Of a stretch of DNA of 64,000 nucleotides, positions 37,384 to 46,052 are shown piece by piece; the stretch's first letter is position 1, and each line of letters starts with the position of its first letter. Position numbers and translations under genes: made by a program. The notes under the pieces were generated by a model. The model had not been told where the DNA came from, did not search any database, and was given only the letters and a program-made list of their open reading frames with translations. The DNA is from an uncultured Acidobacteriaceae bacterium (GTDB lineage Bacteria; Acidobacteriota; Terriglobia; Bryobacterales; Bryobacteraceae): positions 176,711 through 240,710 of the forward strand of contig CAVTRH010000008.1 in NCBI GenBank assembly GCA_963736985.1, given 5' to 3'.

Positions 37384-39282
37384 ATGACTGCGCTTAAAGG
37401 TAACAGATCTCTTTTCCGGCTTTTAGCTGCTATAGCTGCTGCGGGTTGCTTGGCCGTGTTTCCGGCCAATGCCCAGAAGAAATCATCGCCGGCGCCCGCG
37501 CCTAAAGCGGCACCGGCCAAGAGCACGCCCGCAGCAAGACCGGGCGGCGGCAGCGCAGCGCACGGCGCGTCAACGAGCCATGGGCCGACCACCAGCGGCG
37601 CTCACGGACCGACGACTAGCGGCGGAAGCCATGGACCGACTACCTCGAATGCTCATGTTACAACTGCGAATGCCGGGCATACCACAACCGCCAATGCGGG
37701 CCGTACGACCACTGCAACTGGCGCACATCCAAATACCGCGACTGGCGCACGTCCAAGCACCGCAACAGGGGGACATATGGGCGGCGCCGCCACGGCTGGA
37801 ACGCATGGTGCGGCTGGAGGCCGTGGTCCGGCCGGATCACCCGTCAACCGTGGGGCTGCCGGTAACGGCCGCGCTTCGGCCAATGCAAGACCGATGGGTA
37901 ATCACGTACGGCCAGCGAACAGCCATATCGCGCGCGGGCCAGGAGGCAGTGAGGTGCGGACCCGCGCCAATGGCAGAGTTGCCGACGTTCACGATGCCAG
38001 GCGCGGAATGGATATCCATCACGGACTGAACGGAAGCCGGCGCGTCGAGGTCACGCGCGCCGATCACTCGCGCATTGTTGCCGAGCGCGGACACGGTTAC
38101 GTCGAACACCCATACCGATACGGCGGGCGCGAGTTCGGGCACCGGACGTACTATTATCACGGCCGGGTTTATGACCGTTATTACGGCCACTATTACTATC
38201 ACGGGGCTTATCTCGGTTACTACGCTCCGGCGTTCTACTACCGCCCAGCGTTTTACGGCTGGGCGTATAATCCGTGGGCCGCGCCAGTAAGTTTCGCCTG
38301 GGGTTGGGCGGGGAATCCTTGGTATGCGTACTATGGGGCGTATTTCACGCCGTACCCGGTTTATGCAAACGCGTCTTTGTGGCTGACAGACTACATGATT
38401 TCGACAACGTTAGCTGCCGCTTACCAGGCGCAGGTGGATGCAAACGCAGCGGCCCAAGCGCAAGTCGCTGCTGCAAATGCGGTCGCAATGACCGAAGCAA
38501 CGAAAAATCTCGTTGCCGCGGAAGTGCAGCGCCAGATCGCGCTTGAGAACGCCGAGTCGCAATCAGCCCAAACTGCGGCGCCCGATCCCGCATCGAGCAG
38601 CATCCAGCGGTTACTCACAGACGGCGTGCAGCATGTTTTCCTCGTCGGCGCGAGTCTCGACGTAGTGAATGGGCAAGGTGCGGAATGCGCCGTAAGTGAG
38701 GGCGACGCCTTGCAGCTGACAGGACCGCCGGCTCCGGATGCCACCGCGGCAGACCTGGTCATGTTATCCACCAAGGGCGGCCTCGAATGTCAGCAAGGCG
38801 CTACTGTGTCGGTCTCGTTCACGGATCTCCAGGACATGCAGAACCACATGCGCGAGAGCATCGATCAGGGTATGGGCGAGTTACAAGCGAAGCAGGGTAA
38901 GGGTGGTTTACCCGCCGAGCCCAGTGCCGCTGCTGGCGCGCCCGTCAAATCCGCGATGGCCTCCACAGCGCCACCTCCCGATCAGAACGTGGCTTCCGAA
39001 ATTAGCGATCAAACCAAAGCGGCCGACCAAGCCGAGACGGAAACTGTGGCTCAGGTGAACCAGGCAGGCGGTACGGCGCCCGAGTCGGGCGATCCTGCTC
39101 CGCAGCCAATCGCTGCGCCGGCTCCACCCCCGGCTCAAATCTCTATGGGCCAGAGCATCGACGACGTAACTGCTGCTCTCGGAAATCCCAAGAACATCGT
39201 CGATCTCGGGACCAAAAAGATCTATGTCTATAACGACATGAAGATCACCTTTAAAAACGGCAAGGTGGCCGACGTCCAGTAG
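37384..39282 (+). CDS. secreted low-complexity / Tyr-rich protein with the same BamE-like C-terminal domain
   Basis: Signal peptide (LFRLLAAIAAAGCLAVFPANAQ), HGPTTSG / TTANAGHTTT repeats, an aromatic block (YYYHGRVYDRYYGHYYYHGAYLGYYAPAFYYRPAFYGWAYNPW), an Ala/Gln-rich helix, a Pro-rich linker, and the C-terminal sequence ISMGQSIDDVTAALGNPKNIVDLGTKKIYVYNDMKITFKNGKVADVQ. Confidence 0.75.
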   Translation: MTALKGNRSLFRLLAAIAAAGCLAVFPANAQKKSSPAPAPKAAPAKSTPAARPGGGSAAHGASTSHGPTTSGAHGPTTSGGSHGPTTSNAHVTTANAGHTTTANAGRTTTATGAHPNTATGARPSTATGGHMGGAATAGTHGAAGGRGPAGSPVNRGAAGNGRASANARPMGNHVRPANSHIARGPGGSEVRTRANGRVADVHDARRGMDIHHGLNGSRRVEVTRADHSRIVAERGHGYVEHPYRYGGREFGHRTYYYHGRVYDRYYGHYYYHGAYLGYYAPAFYYRPAFYGWAYNPWAAPVSFAWGWAGNPWYAYYGAYFTPYPVYANASLWLTDYMISTTLAAAYQAQVDANAAAQAQVAAANAVAMTEATKNLVAAEVQRQIALENAESQSAQTAAPDPASSSIQRLLTDGVQHVFLVGASLDVVNGQGAECAVSEGDALQLTGPPAPDATAADLVMLSTKGGLECQQGATVSVSFTDLQDMQNHMRESIDQGMGELQAKQGKGGLPAEPSAAAGAPVKSAMASTAPPPDQNVASEISDQTKAADQAETETVAQVNQAGGTAPESGDPAPQPIAAPAPPPAQISMGQSIDDVTAALGNPKNIVDLGTKKIYVYNDMKITFKNGKVADVQ

Positions 39283-39290
39283 GCGTCGGC

Positions 39291-39854
39291 TTGGTTCGAT
39301 CCGCAAAGCCCGTCGTATCGCATACAATAGCTCTCGTGAAACACACATTGATCACACTTGCCGTGACGCTTGGGCTGTGCACGGCGGTCGAGGCCCAGTC
39401 GACTGGTGCCGGAGCAGAACTGAACGCTGCCTACAACAGCGTCAAGAATAATATTCTGCACTCTGCAGAGAACGTCCCCGATGAGAACTACAGCTTCAAG
39501 CCGACGCCGGACATACGCAGCTTTGCCGAAGTGCTCGACCACGTCGCGGCGGCACAGTTACACGCTTGCGGAGCTTTGATAGGCGAGCAGAAATCCGCGA
39601 ATACGGACGCATCCACCAAAGCGGATGTTCTTGCCGCGCTCCATACTTCATTTACGGAGTGCGATCGGGCTTTCGATGCGTTGAATGACGCCAACGCTAT
39701 GCAAACCATCAAAACGCCGCGCGGAGAGCGAACGCGTGTCGCGCTGCTGGCCGGAGTCATCGCGCACGACAACGAGCAGTACGGAATTTTAAGCGTGTAC
39801 ATGCGGCTGAAGGGCATCGTTCCGCCCTCGAGCGAGCATTCGAAAAGGAAGTGA
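39291..39854 (+). CDS. DinB-family protein
   Basis: Signal-like N-terminus followed by the DinB four-helix pattern (…NILHSAENVPDENYSFKPTPDIRSFAEVLDHVA…IAHDNEQYG). The start is uncertain: TTG 39291 or GTG near 39336. Confidence 0.7.
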   Translation: MVRSAKPVVSHTIALVKHTLITLAVTLGLCTAVEAQSTGAGAELNAAYNSVKNNILHSAENVPDENYSFKPTPDIRSFAEVLDHVAAAQLHACGALIGEQKSANTDASTKADVLAALHTSFTECDRAFDALNDANAMQTIKTPRGERTRVALLAGVIAHDNEQYGILSVYMRLKGIVPPSSEHSKRK

Positions 39855-39856
39855 CT

Positions 39857-40585
39857 TCAGGCGTGGAGAGTTGCGGGCGTCATCGTCGCTATTGCGCGCG
39901 AGACGTTGGGCACAGGGCCGTTCGCAGTCAAAAGGTTGAGAAGCTCGTTGGAAATCTGTTCCGGCGAACGCGCGGCGTCGATCGAATAGAAATGCTGAGT
40001 GCGGTAATAGCGGACTAGCTTCGCCGAATTGCGCTCATATTGGCGCAAACGCTCGCGAACTACTTGCGGGCGATCGTCCGCGCGTTGCACGAGCGGGGAA
40101 CCGTCGCGGTCGCAAACTGAATTCGCGCTATCCGTCTCTGCTTCCATGCCGAAGATTCTGCCGCATGCCGTGCATAGCCGCCGCCGGCTGATGCGCTCCA
40201 CGATTTCACTCGGCGAAATCTTGAAATCGAATATAACTGGCTCCCGCTTGCTTAACCTCGCAAGCAAGTTACTCAGAAATCGCGCTTGGGAGAGGGTGCG
40301 GGGGTAGCCATCAAGGATGCACCCCGAATCGCAGTCGCAATTTTTCAACCGGCTTGCGACCACCTCATTCACGAGCCGATCGCTGACCAGTTGGCCAGAG
40401 GCAAGGACGCTTTTAACTTTCTCGCCCAGCGCAGAACCCGACTGCGCTTCCCGGCGCAGCATTTCCCCGGTCGAAATCGCCGGAATTTCGAGTTCGCGCG
40501 AAAGCCGGGCCGCCTGCGTCCCTTTTCCGGAGCCGGGAGGGCCTAGGAAGATGATCACCTGTGATCGGGCTTGCGTACGCGGCAT
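39857..40585 (-). CDS. adk: adenylate kinase
   Basis: IIFLGPPGSGKGTQA P-loop, ISTGEMLR, ILDGYPRT, and a Zn-lid with four Cys/Asp positions (CTACGRIF…CDRDGSPL). The start is ATG 40585 (MPRTQ…); the track ORF extends to 40630. Confidence 0.92.
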   Translation of the reverse strand: MPRTQARSQVIIFLGPPGSGKGTQAARLSRELEIPAISTGEMLRREAQSGSALGEKVKSVLASGQLVSDRLVNEVVASRLKNCDCDSGCILDGYPRTLSQARFLSNLLARLSKREPVIFDFKISPSEIVERISRRRLCTACGRIFGMEAETDSANSVCDRDGSPLVQRADDRPQVVRERLRQYERNSAKLVRYYRTQHFYSIDAARSPEQISNELLNLLTANGPVPNVSRAIATMTPATLHA

Positions 40586-40678
40586 AAAGTCCCCGAACGA
40601 CAGTTTGTAACAACATGGCCAATTTTTCAAACGAACCAGTCCGCAGCGGACTACTCGACCGTTACGCCTCGACCTAAG

Positions 40679-42301
40679 ATGGTCAGAATGGATTGGTGCG
40701 AAACATTAAACGAGCTTCGGCGGTTGCTGCAGGAGCGAAGAATTGGTGAAGGCGCTCGCCTCCTCGATGAGCATCGCACCGAATTCGAGGCGATCGAGCC
40801 GCTACACCCGCGGGCTGGCCTTGCGGTAGGCTGTCTGGCGCAGTGGGTGGATGTGGGGTTCGAGGATCGCGGCTTACTCGGGCACTTAGTTAACCGGTTT
40901 TCGACCGACGTGCGGCAGCATGTTCCGCTGTGTGACTATGTCCATTTGCGCTTGGCCGAAGCGCTGCTTGCGATGCGTCGCGAGGATCTGAGCGAGGCGC
41001 TGCGGCACCTCGATACCGCATTGGGCTTTTGCGACGAGGTCTCGGATCCCAGAATTCCTGCTGTGGCGAACTTCTGGAAGTCTCGATGCCTGAGGAAGGC
41101 GGGCGAATACGAACATGCGATGGAGGTTACAAGACGCGGCATTGAGGTCGCGAATCGCATCGGATTGTCCAAAACCGCGGCCGCGATGCGGACCGTCGAG
41201 AGTTGGCTGCTGTTTCAGAAGGGTGAAACGAAGGAAGCGCTCGGCATTTTGCAAGAGGCCGAGATCGTCCTGCGCGACACCGACGATTTCATCACTTTGG
41301 GCAATATTCAATCCACGTATGGGCGCATCGCACTACGAGAAGGGCGTTACGATCACGCGATGCAGTATTTCAATTCTTCGATTGAATTTTTCAAGCAGCG
41401 GCCATCGCTCGAAGGCTATCTGGCACGCTCGTTGACCAACACGGCGCAGGCCAAGCGCCTGGCCGCTTTGCAATTGCGGCGAGCAATCGATGCGCGTCGC
41501 GAGGCTGCCGTGCGCGCGAAGCTCGATGCTTCTCCGCGGCCCGATAAGTCCGCGCAACTTGAGCGTTTGCACGAACTGCTGCGGGATGCTCAGGCGGATT
41601 TGATCGAGGCGGACAGGATCTATAAACGGTTGGGAAATCACCACGGGGCAGGGAACGTGGATGTAAATCTGGCGAATATTTATCTCGATTCGGGAGATCT
41701 GGACAAAGCAGAAGAACGCGCCGGGGAAGCCTTCGAATTAGGCGCCAGGAAAGCGGATTATCTGTTGATGTGCCGCGCGCGCGTGGTGCAGGCGATGGTC
41801 GGCAACGCGCGCTTTGAAGAGCAGATTGGAGAAGGCGACGATCCCAGTCGCTTTGCGCAGTTAGCACACGATTGCGCCAAAGAAGCAGTAGCATTTGGGG
41901 AGCGAACGGAGAGCCGGCGGCTCCAGGCACAGGCGCATATCTGCCTCGGCATGACGCTTGTCAACGGATTTTTCAACCATGTCGAGGCCGCGCGCGCTTG
42001 CTGCGATCGCGCGGAGGCGTCGTTGAATTTCGACCGGCATGACGCATTGTGGCAGGAAGTCGAGCTATTACGAGCCCAGATCCTGCATGGCGGCGCCGAA
42101 GATTCGAACCTGCGAGCGTGGTCTGAGGGAGCGGTCGGGGACAAGTCCCTCCAACAAGTAGTGGCGGATTTCGAGCAGGTGCTGATCAGAAAGGTTTGGG
42201 AGCACGAGGGCCGCAAAGTGTCGCGAGTTGCTCGTCGGCTGGCCGTTTCGCCGAAGAAGGTGCGGCGCCTCTTGCGGAACATCGGCGTTAAGTCGGAGTG
42301 A
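40679..42301 (+). CDS. TPR-like helical-repeat protein with C-terminal Fis-type HTH
   Basis: About 480 aa of TPR-like repeats (…YEHAMEVTRRGIEVANRIG…, …YDHAMQYFNSSIEFF…, …LDKAEERAGEAFELG…). The protein ends in DFEQVLIRKVWEHEGRKVSRVARRLAVSPKKVRRLLRNIG, which is the Fis/NtrC-type HTH pattern. No AAA+ or receiver domain is visible. The start is ATG 40679; the track ORF starting at 40571 would overlap adk. Confidence 0.7.
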   Translation: MVRMDWCETLNELRRLLQERRIGEGARLLDEHRTEFEAIEPLHPRAGLAVGCLAQWVDVGFEDRGLLGHLVNRFSTDVRQHVPLCDYVHLRLAEALLAMRREDLSEALRHLDTALGFCDEVSDPRIPAVANFWKSRCLRKAGEYEHAMEVTRRGIEVANRIGLSKTAAAMRTVESWLLFQKGETKEALGILQEAEIVLRDTDDFITLGNIQSTYGRIALREGRYDHAMQYFNSSIEFFKQRPSLEGYLARSLTNTAQAKRLAALQLRRAIDARREAAVRAKLDASPRPDKSAQLERLHELLRDAQADLIEADRIYKRLGNHHGAGNVDVNLANIYLDSGDLDKAEERAGEAFELGARKADYLLMCRARVVQAMVGNARFEEQIGEGDDPSRFAQLAHDCAKEAVAFGERTESRRLQAQAHICLGMTLVNGFFNHVEAARACCDRAEASLNFDRHDALWQEVELLRAQILHGGAEDSNLRAWSEGAVGDKSLQQVVADFEQVLIRKVWEHEGRKVSRVARRLAVSPKKVRRLLRNIGVKSE

Positions 42302-42384
42302 AGTCGTGGGATTGGCGTCTGAATGTTAGACTGAGAGCGAACTGCGCGGGAACAGGTGCGCCCGTCGCGGTCCGCATATCCCAA

Positions 42385-42474
42385 GGAGAGATGGCCGAGT
42401 GGTTGAAGGCGCACGCTTGGAAAGCGTGTTTAGGGGAAACTCTAACGTGGGTTCGAATCCCACTCTCTCCGCCA
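42385..42474 (+). tRNA. tRNA-Ser (anticodon GGA)
   Basis: Folded by hand. Acceptor GGAGAGA/TCTCTCC, D arm GCC…GGC, anticodon stem CACGC/GCGTG with loop TTGGAAA, a long variable arm (type II), T arm GTGGG-TTCGAAT-CCCAC, discriminator G, and an encoded CCA. Confidence 0.95.
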
Positions 42475-42583
42475 GTTTAGGTCCTGCAACTCGCGCGAGA
42501 TAGTCTCCCGATCTAGAAATTGCGTTGGCAATGCTGCGGAAAATGATATCACCGCGATACTATTCGGGGCTACGATTAAACCA

Positions 42584-42811
42584 ATGAAGCGTCCGAAGGC
42601 GGTAAAGGAAGAAGCGCGACAGAAGCAACAGCGAGCCCAGAAAATCGCCGCGGCGAACCCAAAGAAACCAGTGCCGAACCCGAAGGTCAATCAGCGGGAA
42701 AAGGTCATGACGGATGAAGACTTCGATTTCATCTTCGAACACCTCACCGGCGAAGAGCTGCAGAAGTTCATCGACCAGGCCGAGCAGGAACTCGCCGCCA
42801 AGAAAAAGTGA
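42584..42811 (+). CDS. hypothetical small charged protein (75 aa)
   Basis: ORF only: a Lys/Gln-rich N-terminus and an acidic helical C-terminus. No motif recognised. Confidence 0.35.
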   Translation: MKRPKAVKEEARQKQQRAQKIAAANPKKPVPNPKVNQREKVMTDEDFDFIFEHLTGEELQKFIDQAEQELAAKKK

Positions 42812-42863
42812 TGCATCGCTGCTCGCAAACTGACGTGATACACGCACGACTACCTCAGTGGGT

Positions 42864-42896
42864 GGTAGTGGGTCAGTTTCAAACTGACCCACTACC
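42864..42896. terminator. perfect 16-bp-stem palindrome (possible bidirectional terminator) abutting the IS insertion site
   Basis: GGTAGTGGGTCAGTTT-c-AAACTGACCCACTACC. The 3' arm ends at 42896 and the left target-site duplication of the IS starts at 42897. There is no U-tract, so terminator function is uncertain. Confidence 0.35.
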
Positions 42897-42904
42897 GTGT
42901 AGGT
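42897..42904. repeat. target-site duplication (left)
   Basis: GTGTAGGT immediately outside the inverted repeat. IS1595-family elements are described as making about 8-bp duplications. Confidence 0.8.
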
Positions 42905-42935
42905 GGTGCAAATATACTTGACACACCCACTGATT
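42905..42935. repeat. IS terminal inverted repeat (cargo-side end)
   Basis: GGTGCAAATATACTTGACACACCCACTGATT. It is the reverse complement of 46053-46083 except at 2 positions. Confidence 0.88.
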
Positions 42936-42998
42936 GAATGCGACACTATTGGAGCGACGATTCGGTCGCTCCTGCCAAACGGCGGATTTGTAGTGTCT

Positions 42999-43766
42999 AT
43001 GCAGGCTTCCTTTGATGACAGTGGGAATAGTGACAAATCGCTAACAGTTGTTGCTGGATACTTTTTTCGTGACGCTGTGTTGGAGCCATTTCGGGACCAA
43101 TGGCGCGGATTGCTTGGCGGCAGGCGTTTCCATATGGTGGATTTGGTTCACGGCAATGAAGATTTTGCCGACCTAAAGGAATTGGAGCGAGATACCCTTG
43201 CACGAGCCCTTATTTCAACGATCAAAGAGTACGTGACGTTGGGTGTAGTCATGTCTCTGGAACGGGCTGCGTATGACAGGTACATCCAAGACGTGAAGCC
43301 ATCAGGCAGTCTTGGAAGCCCGTACTCGCTCTGCTCTATGCTCTGCTTGGGAGCTTCAGCGAAATGGATGGAAAACAACGAAGTTGCACCCGAGGAGACA
43401 GTCTATTTCTTTGAGAGCGGGAACAGCAAACAAACGGAGGCAAACAAGTTTTTGAACACGATTACGAGTAATCCTGCGCTCGATCAACGCTATAGATACG
43501 TAAGCCATTCTTTTGTAAAGAAGAACAAGCTTGCTAGTCTTGACGCTGCTGATTTACTTGGATGGGAATGGACGCAGCAGTGCCGCCGGTTTTCTGGACA
43601 GGAGCAGCGACCACCAAGAGCGTCGCTACGGAGTCTTTGCGAAAAGCCACATATTGGGCAACACTTCCAGGGAGGCGAAGTGCGGCTGGCGTTTGTAAGG
43701 GCGCTATTGGAGCCGTTTATTGTGCCTTCGATGGGGGTCATATTTGAAAGGCCGGAAGAGGATTGA
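42999..43766 (+). CDS. IS passenger: DUF3800-like protein (255 aa)
   Basis: Starts MQASFDDSGNSDKSLTVVAGYFF (the D-[DE]-S-G start typical of DUF3800) and has a late …LASLDAADLLGWEW… that resembles the C-terminal (Q/A)xADLL motif. The assignment is from memory of the family pattern and has not been searched. Confidence 0.5.
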   Translation: MQASFDDSGNSDKSLTVVAGYFFRDAVLEPFRDQWRGLLGGRRFHMVDLVHGNEDFADLKELERDTLARALISTIKEYVTLGVVMSLERAAYDRYIQDVKPSGSLGSPYSLCSMLCLGASAKWMENNEVAPEETVYFFESGNSKQTEANKFLNTITSNPALDQRYRYVSHSFVKKNKLASLDAADLLGWEWTQQCRRFSGQEQRPPRASLRSLCEKPHIGQHFQGGEVRLAFVRALLEPFIVPSMGVIFERPEED

Positions 43767-43886
43767 AGCTCATACACCTAGTTGTACTTGGTTCGATGTT
43801 TGCCGTCGTGCTCATATATTCGCTCATTTCAATCATCAGAATTGTTCGGGATTTGGCTCAGCGCGGGTCGGATACTATAGTCGAGC

Positions 43887-44102
43887 GTGAGTCTTATAGC
43901 GAGAATCGATCTGATTAGTTGGATTGTGCTCATCTTGATTCCTGTGACGATAGTCCTGGAGCGGCGCTACAAACGAACAGGGAAGCCGAGACCGCTAGGG
44001 TGGGTTCTACTGATCTGCCTTAGTGCTATCGCCGTGCTTTGCGGTGCAGGGTTTCTGCTTTTTCGAGACTGTATGGTAACGGGGAAAGCGTGCTTCCAGT
44101 AA
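43887..44102 (+). CDS. IS passenger: small 2-TM membrane protein (71 aa)
   Basis: GTG start and two hydrophobic helices (ISWIVLILIPVTIVL, LGWVLLICLSAIAVLCGAGFLLF). A further 51-codon TM-type ORF (43763-43918, TTG start overlapping the previous stop) is also possible. Confidence 0.35.
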   Translation: MSLIARIDLISWIVLILIPVTIVLERRYKRTGKPRPLGWVLLICLSAIAVLCGAGFLLFRDCMVTGKACFQ

Positions 44103-44106
44103 CCCG

Positions 44107-44688
44107 CTAACTGGTCCGAACGACAGTGACTGCCTCCGACTTGATACCGTCGGGAAGGGTAGAACGAAAACCGAACTCAATCTCCTCTTTCGTATCGGTA
44201 ACAGCCACGATCTGGTATTGACCCCCAGATTTCCCCTCGTCTCCGAACTGCCACTTGACCCTCCAGGTATTCCCGCGAACGTCAGCGCGTCGGAAAAACC
44301 ATTTTTTATTTCCGCCAAAGACGCCTACGTAGACACGCGCGTTAGACGATTCAACAATTCCAGATACCACTTCATGCAACCCCACCGTGTCCCCGGAAGA
44401 ATGGCTGCCGATTGAAATCCGAGGTTGCGCGTTGCAGGATATACCCCCAGCAGGCAGAGGCACTATCCTAGGCGCTAGGGCCCAAAAGAACTTTCGAAAG
44501 GCCTGCCATTCTCTAATGGGCGCCAGAAAACAGATCATAACTACACAGCCGAGTGTAGGGACGACCCAGCCGTCAGTAACAATCCAGTGGTATGAAATTG
44601 CAGGATTCATCTGGGCTTTAGCGATGACCACAGAAATAAACACCCCAGCTGTTAGACATCCGATATTTATTAATGCGGATTTCGACAT
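44107..44688 (-). CDS. IS passenger: membrane-anchored protein with beta-rich C-terminal domain (193 aa)
   Basis: Two N-terminal TM helices, then about 110 aa rich in beta-strand-like sequence (…VYVGVFGGNKKWFFRRADVRGNTWRVKWQFGDEGKSGGQYQIVAVT…). No family recognised. Confidence 0.5.
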   Translation of the reverse strand: MSKSALINIGCLTAGVFISVVIAKAQMNPAISYHWIVTDGWVVPTLGCVVMICFLAPIREWQAFRKFFWALAPRIVPLPAGGISCNAQPRISIGSHSSGDTVGLHEVVSGIVESSNARVYVGVFGGNKKWFFRRADVRGNTWRVKWQFGDEGKSGGQYQIVAVTDTKEEIEFGFRSTLPDGIKSEAVTVVRTS

Positions 44689-44800
44689 TGACAGCAGCGA
44701 TCCAGCAACTGTTCGGGCGATGCATCTGTTGCAAAGCTCCTTTCCGCCGTTGCGTTCGAAAACTGATACACTACGGCTAAAGGATGGCTAGAGCGCTACA

Positions 44801-45055
44801 ATGCCGCCAAGCTCTCATAGCGTTCGCGCCGCCGACAATCTGTTGTTATCGCATCCCAGTCTAACAGTGAAATCCGACTCCGACACGTCGCCTGAATACG
44901 ATGCTTTCAAAGACCTGCTGAACCGGATCGTCTCCGTTCCGCATTCAGAGATTCAGCTCCGGGAAGCCGAGTACAAACGCTGCGCCGACCTCAACCCGAG
45001 CAAGCCGGGTCCGAAGCCGAAGCGGAAACGCGCTTCCCGCGCCCCTGCCGTTTAG
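44801..45055 (+). CDS. IS passenger: hypothetical small basic-tailed protein (84 aa)
   Basis: ORF only. The C-terminus is PSKPGPKPKRKRASRAPAV. Confidence 0.35.
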   Translation: MPPSSHSVRAADNLLLSHPSLTVKSDSDTSPEYDAFKDLLNRIVSVPHSEIQLREAEYKRCADLNPSKPGPKPKRKRASRAPAV

Positions 45056-45063
45056 CTTCCTGC

Positions 45064-46035
45064 TTAGAAAGCTTCCTCGGGACTCGTTTCCACCTCCTTC
45101 CCAGTCAGTTCCCTGTAGGTAAGTCGCCGACCAACAACATGGGATAACACGGCCTTGAAGCGCTCGTAATCGCCCAGCGGAACGCCGGTTTCGTCTCTCC
45201 GGTGGTTGTATCGGAACGCTTGCTCATCCACATAGCGGAACAGGTGAAACGGTTCGACGCTCACGTAGGTTCCAGCTAAACCGCGCTTCAGGAGCGCCCA
45301 GAAGTTCTCTAGGCCATTCGTGTGAATCTGGCCATTGACGTACATTTCGGCGTGGTTGATAACATCGTGCTCATAGTCGGAACCAAGCCCGAAATATGCT
45401 CGGAGTTCGTCGGTAAAGACGTGGGAGCCTCTCTCGACGTTCTCCTCGACATTCGGAACTACGCTCTGAATGGTGCTGTCTTCGATTACGGCGGTGCGAA
45501 TCCTTCCGCCGCGCTCTAACATCCCCTGGACGCCCACCTTACCGACCGCGCCGCCAGTCTTGCCGCAAAGCTTTTTCGCCTTCGCCAACATGTGCATGTT
45601 CCGCGCTTTGCCGCCGATGAAGGTCTCGTCAATCTCGACTTCGCCCTTTAGCTTGCCACCTTTTTTGTCGTCCTGCATAGCGAGCCGGATGCGGTGAAGC
45701 ATGAACCACGCGGTCTTCTGGGTAACGCCGAGGTCGCGCATAATCTCATAGCTGGAAATGCCGTTCTTGCAATTGGCTACCAGCCAAACAGCGGTCAGCC
45801 ACTTGTCCAGCGGGATCGCAGAATCTTCGAACACGGTTCCCGCTTTGACCGAAAACTGTTTCCGGCATTTCTTGCACTTCCAAATCTTCCGGGTCTTCAG
45901 GAACATCGGGGAATCAGCGCCGCAGTGTTGGCAAACGACCTTTTCCGGCCAGCGGCTATCCGCCACTTCAGATAGCGCGTTCTCGGCATCCTTATACTGC
46001 CGAATCGCTTCCATCAATGTCCTTGGCCGTCCCAT
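45064..46035 (-). CDS. IS1595-family (ISXO2-like) transposase
   Basis: N-terminal Zn-ribbon (CQHCGADSPMFLKTRKIWKCKKCRKQFS), an HTH-like region (…ISSYEIMRDLGVTQKTAWFMLHRIR), and a DDE core starting EVEIDETFIGGK. Confidence 0.9.
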   Translation of the reverse strand: MGRPRTLMEAIRQYKDAENALSEVADSRWPEKVVCQHCGADSPMFLKTRKIWKCKKCRKQFSVKAGTVFEDSAIPLDKWLTAVWLVANCKNGISSYEIMRDLGVTQKTAWFMLHRIRLAMQDDKKGGKLKGEVEIDETFIGGKARNMHMLAKAKKLCGKTGGAVGKVGVQGMLERGGRIRTAVIEDSTIQSVVPNVEENVERGSHVFTDELRAYFGLGSDYEHDVINHAEMYVNGQIHTNGLENFWALLKRGLAGTYVSVEPFHLFRYVDEQAFRYNHRRDETGVPLGDYERFKAVLSHVVGRRLTYRELTGKEVETSPEEAF

Positions 46036-46052
46036 GTCTCAAGTATCCACTA

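Noticed and set aside
42903-42998. The first 32 codons of the 287-aa track ORF (start at 42903)
   Set aside because: These codons would be translated from the IS terminal inverted repeat itself. The DUF3800-like homology starts at the internal ATG 42999.
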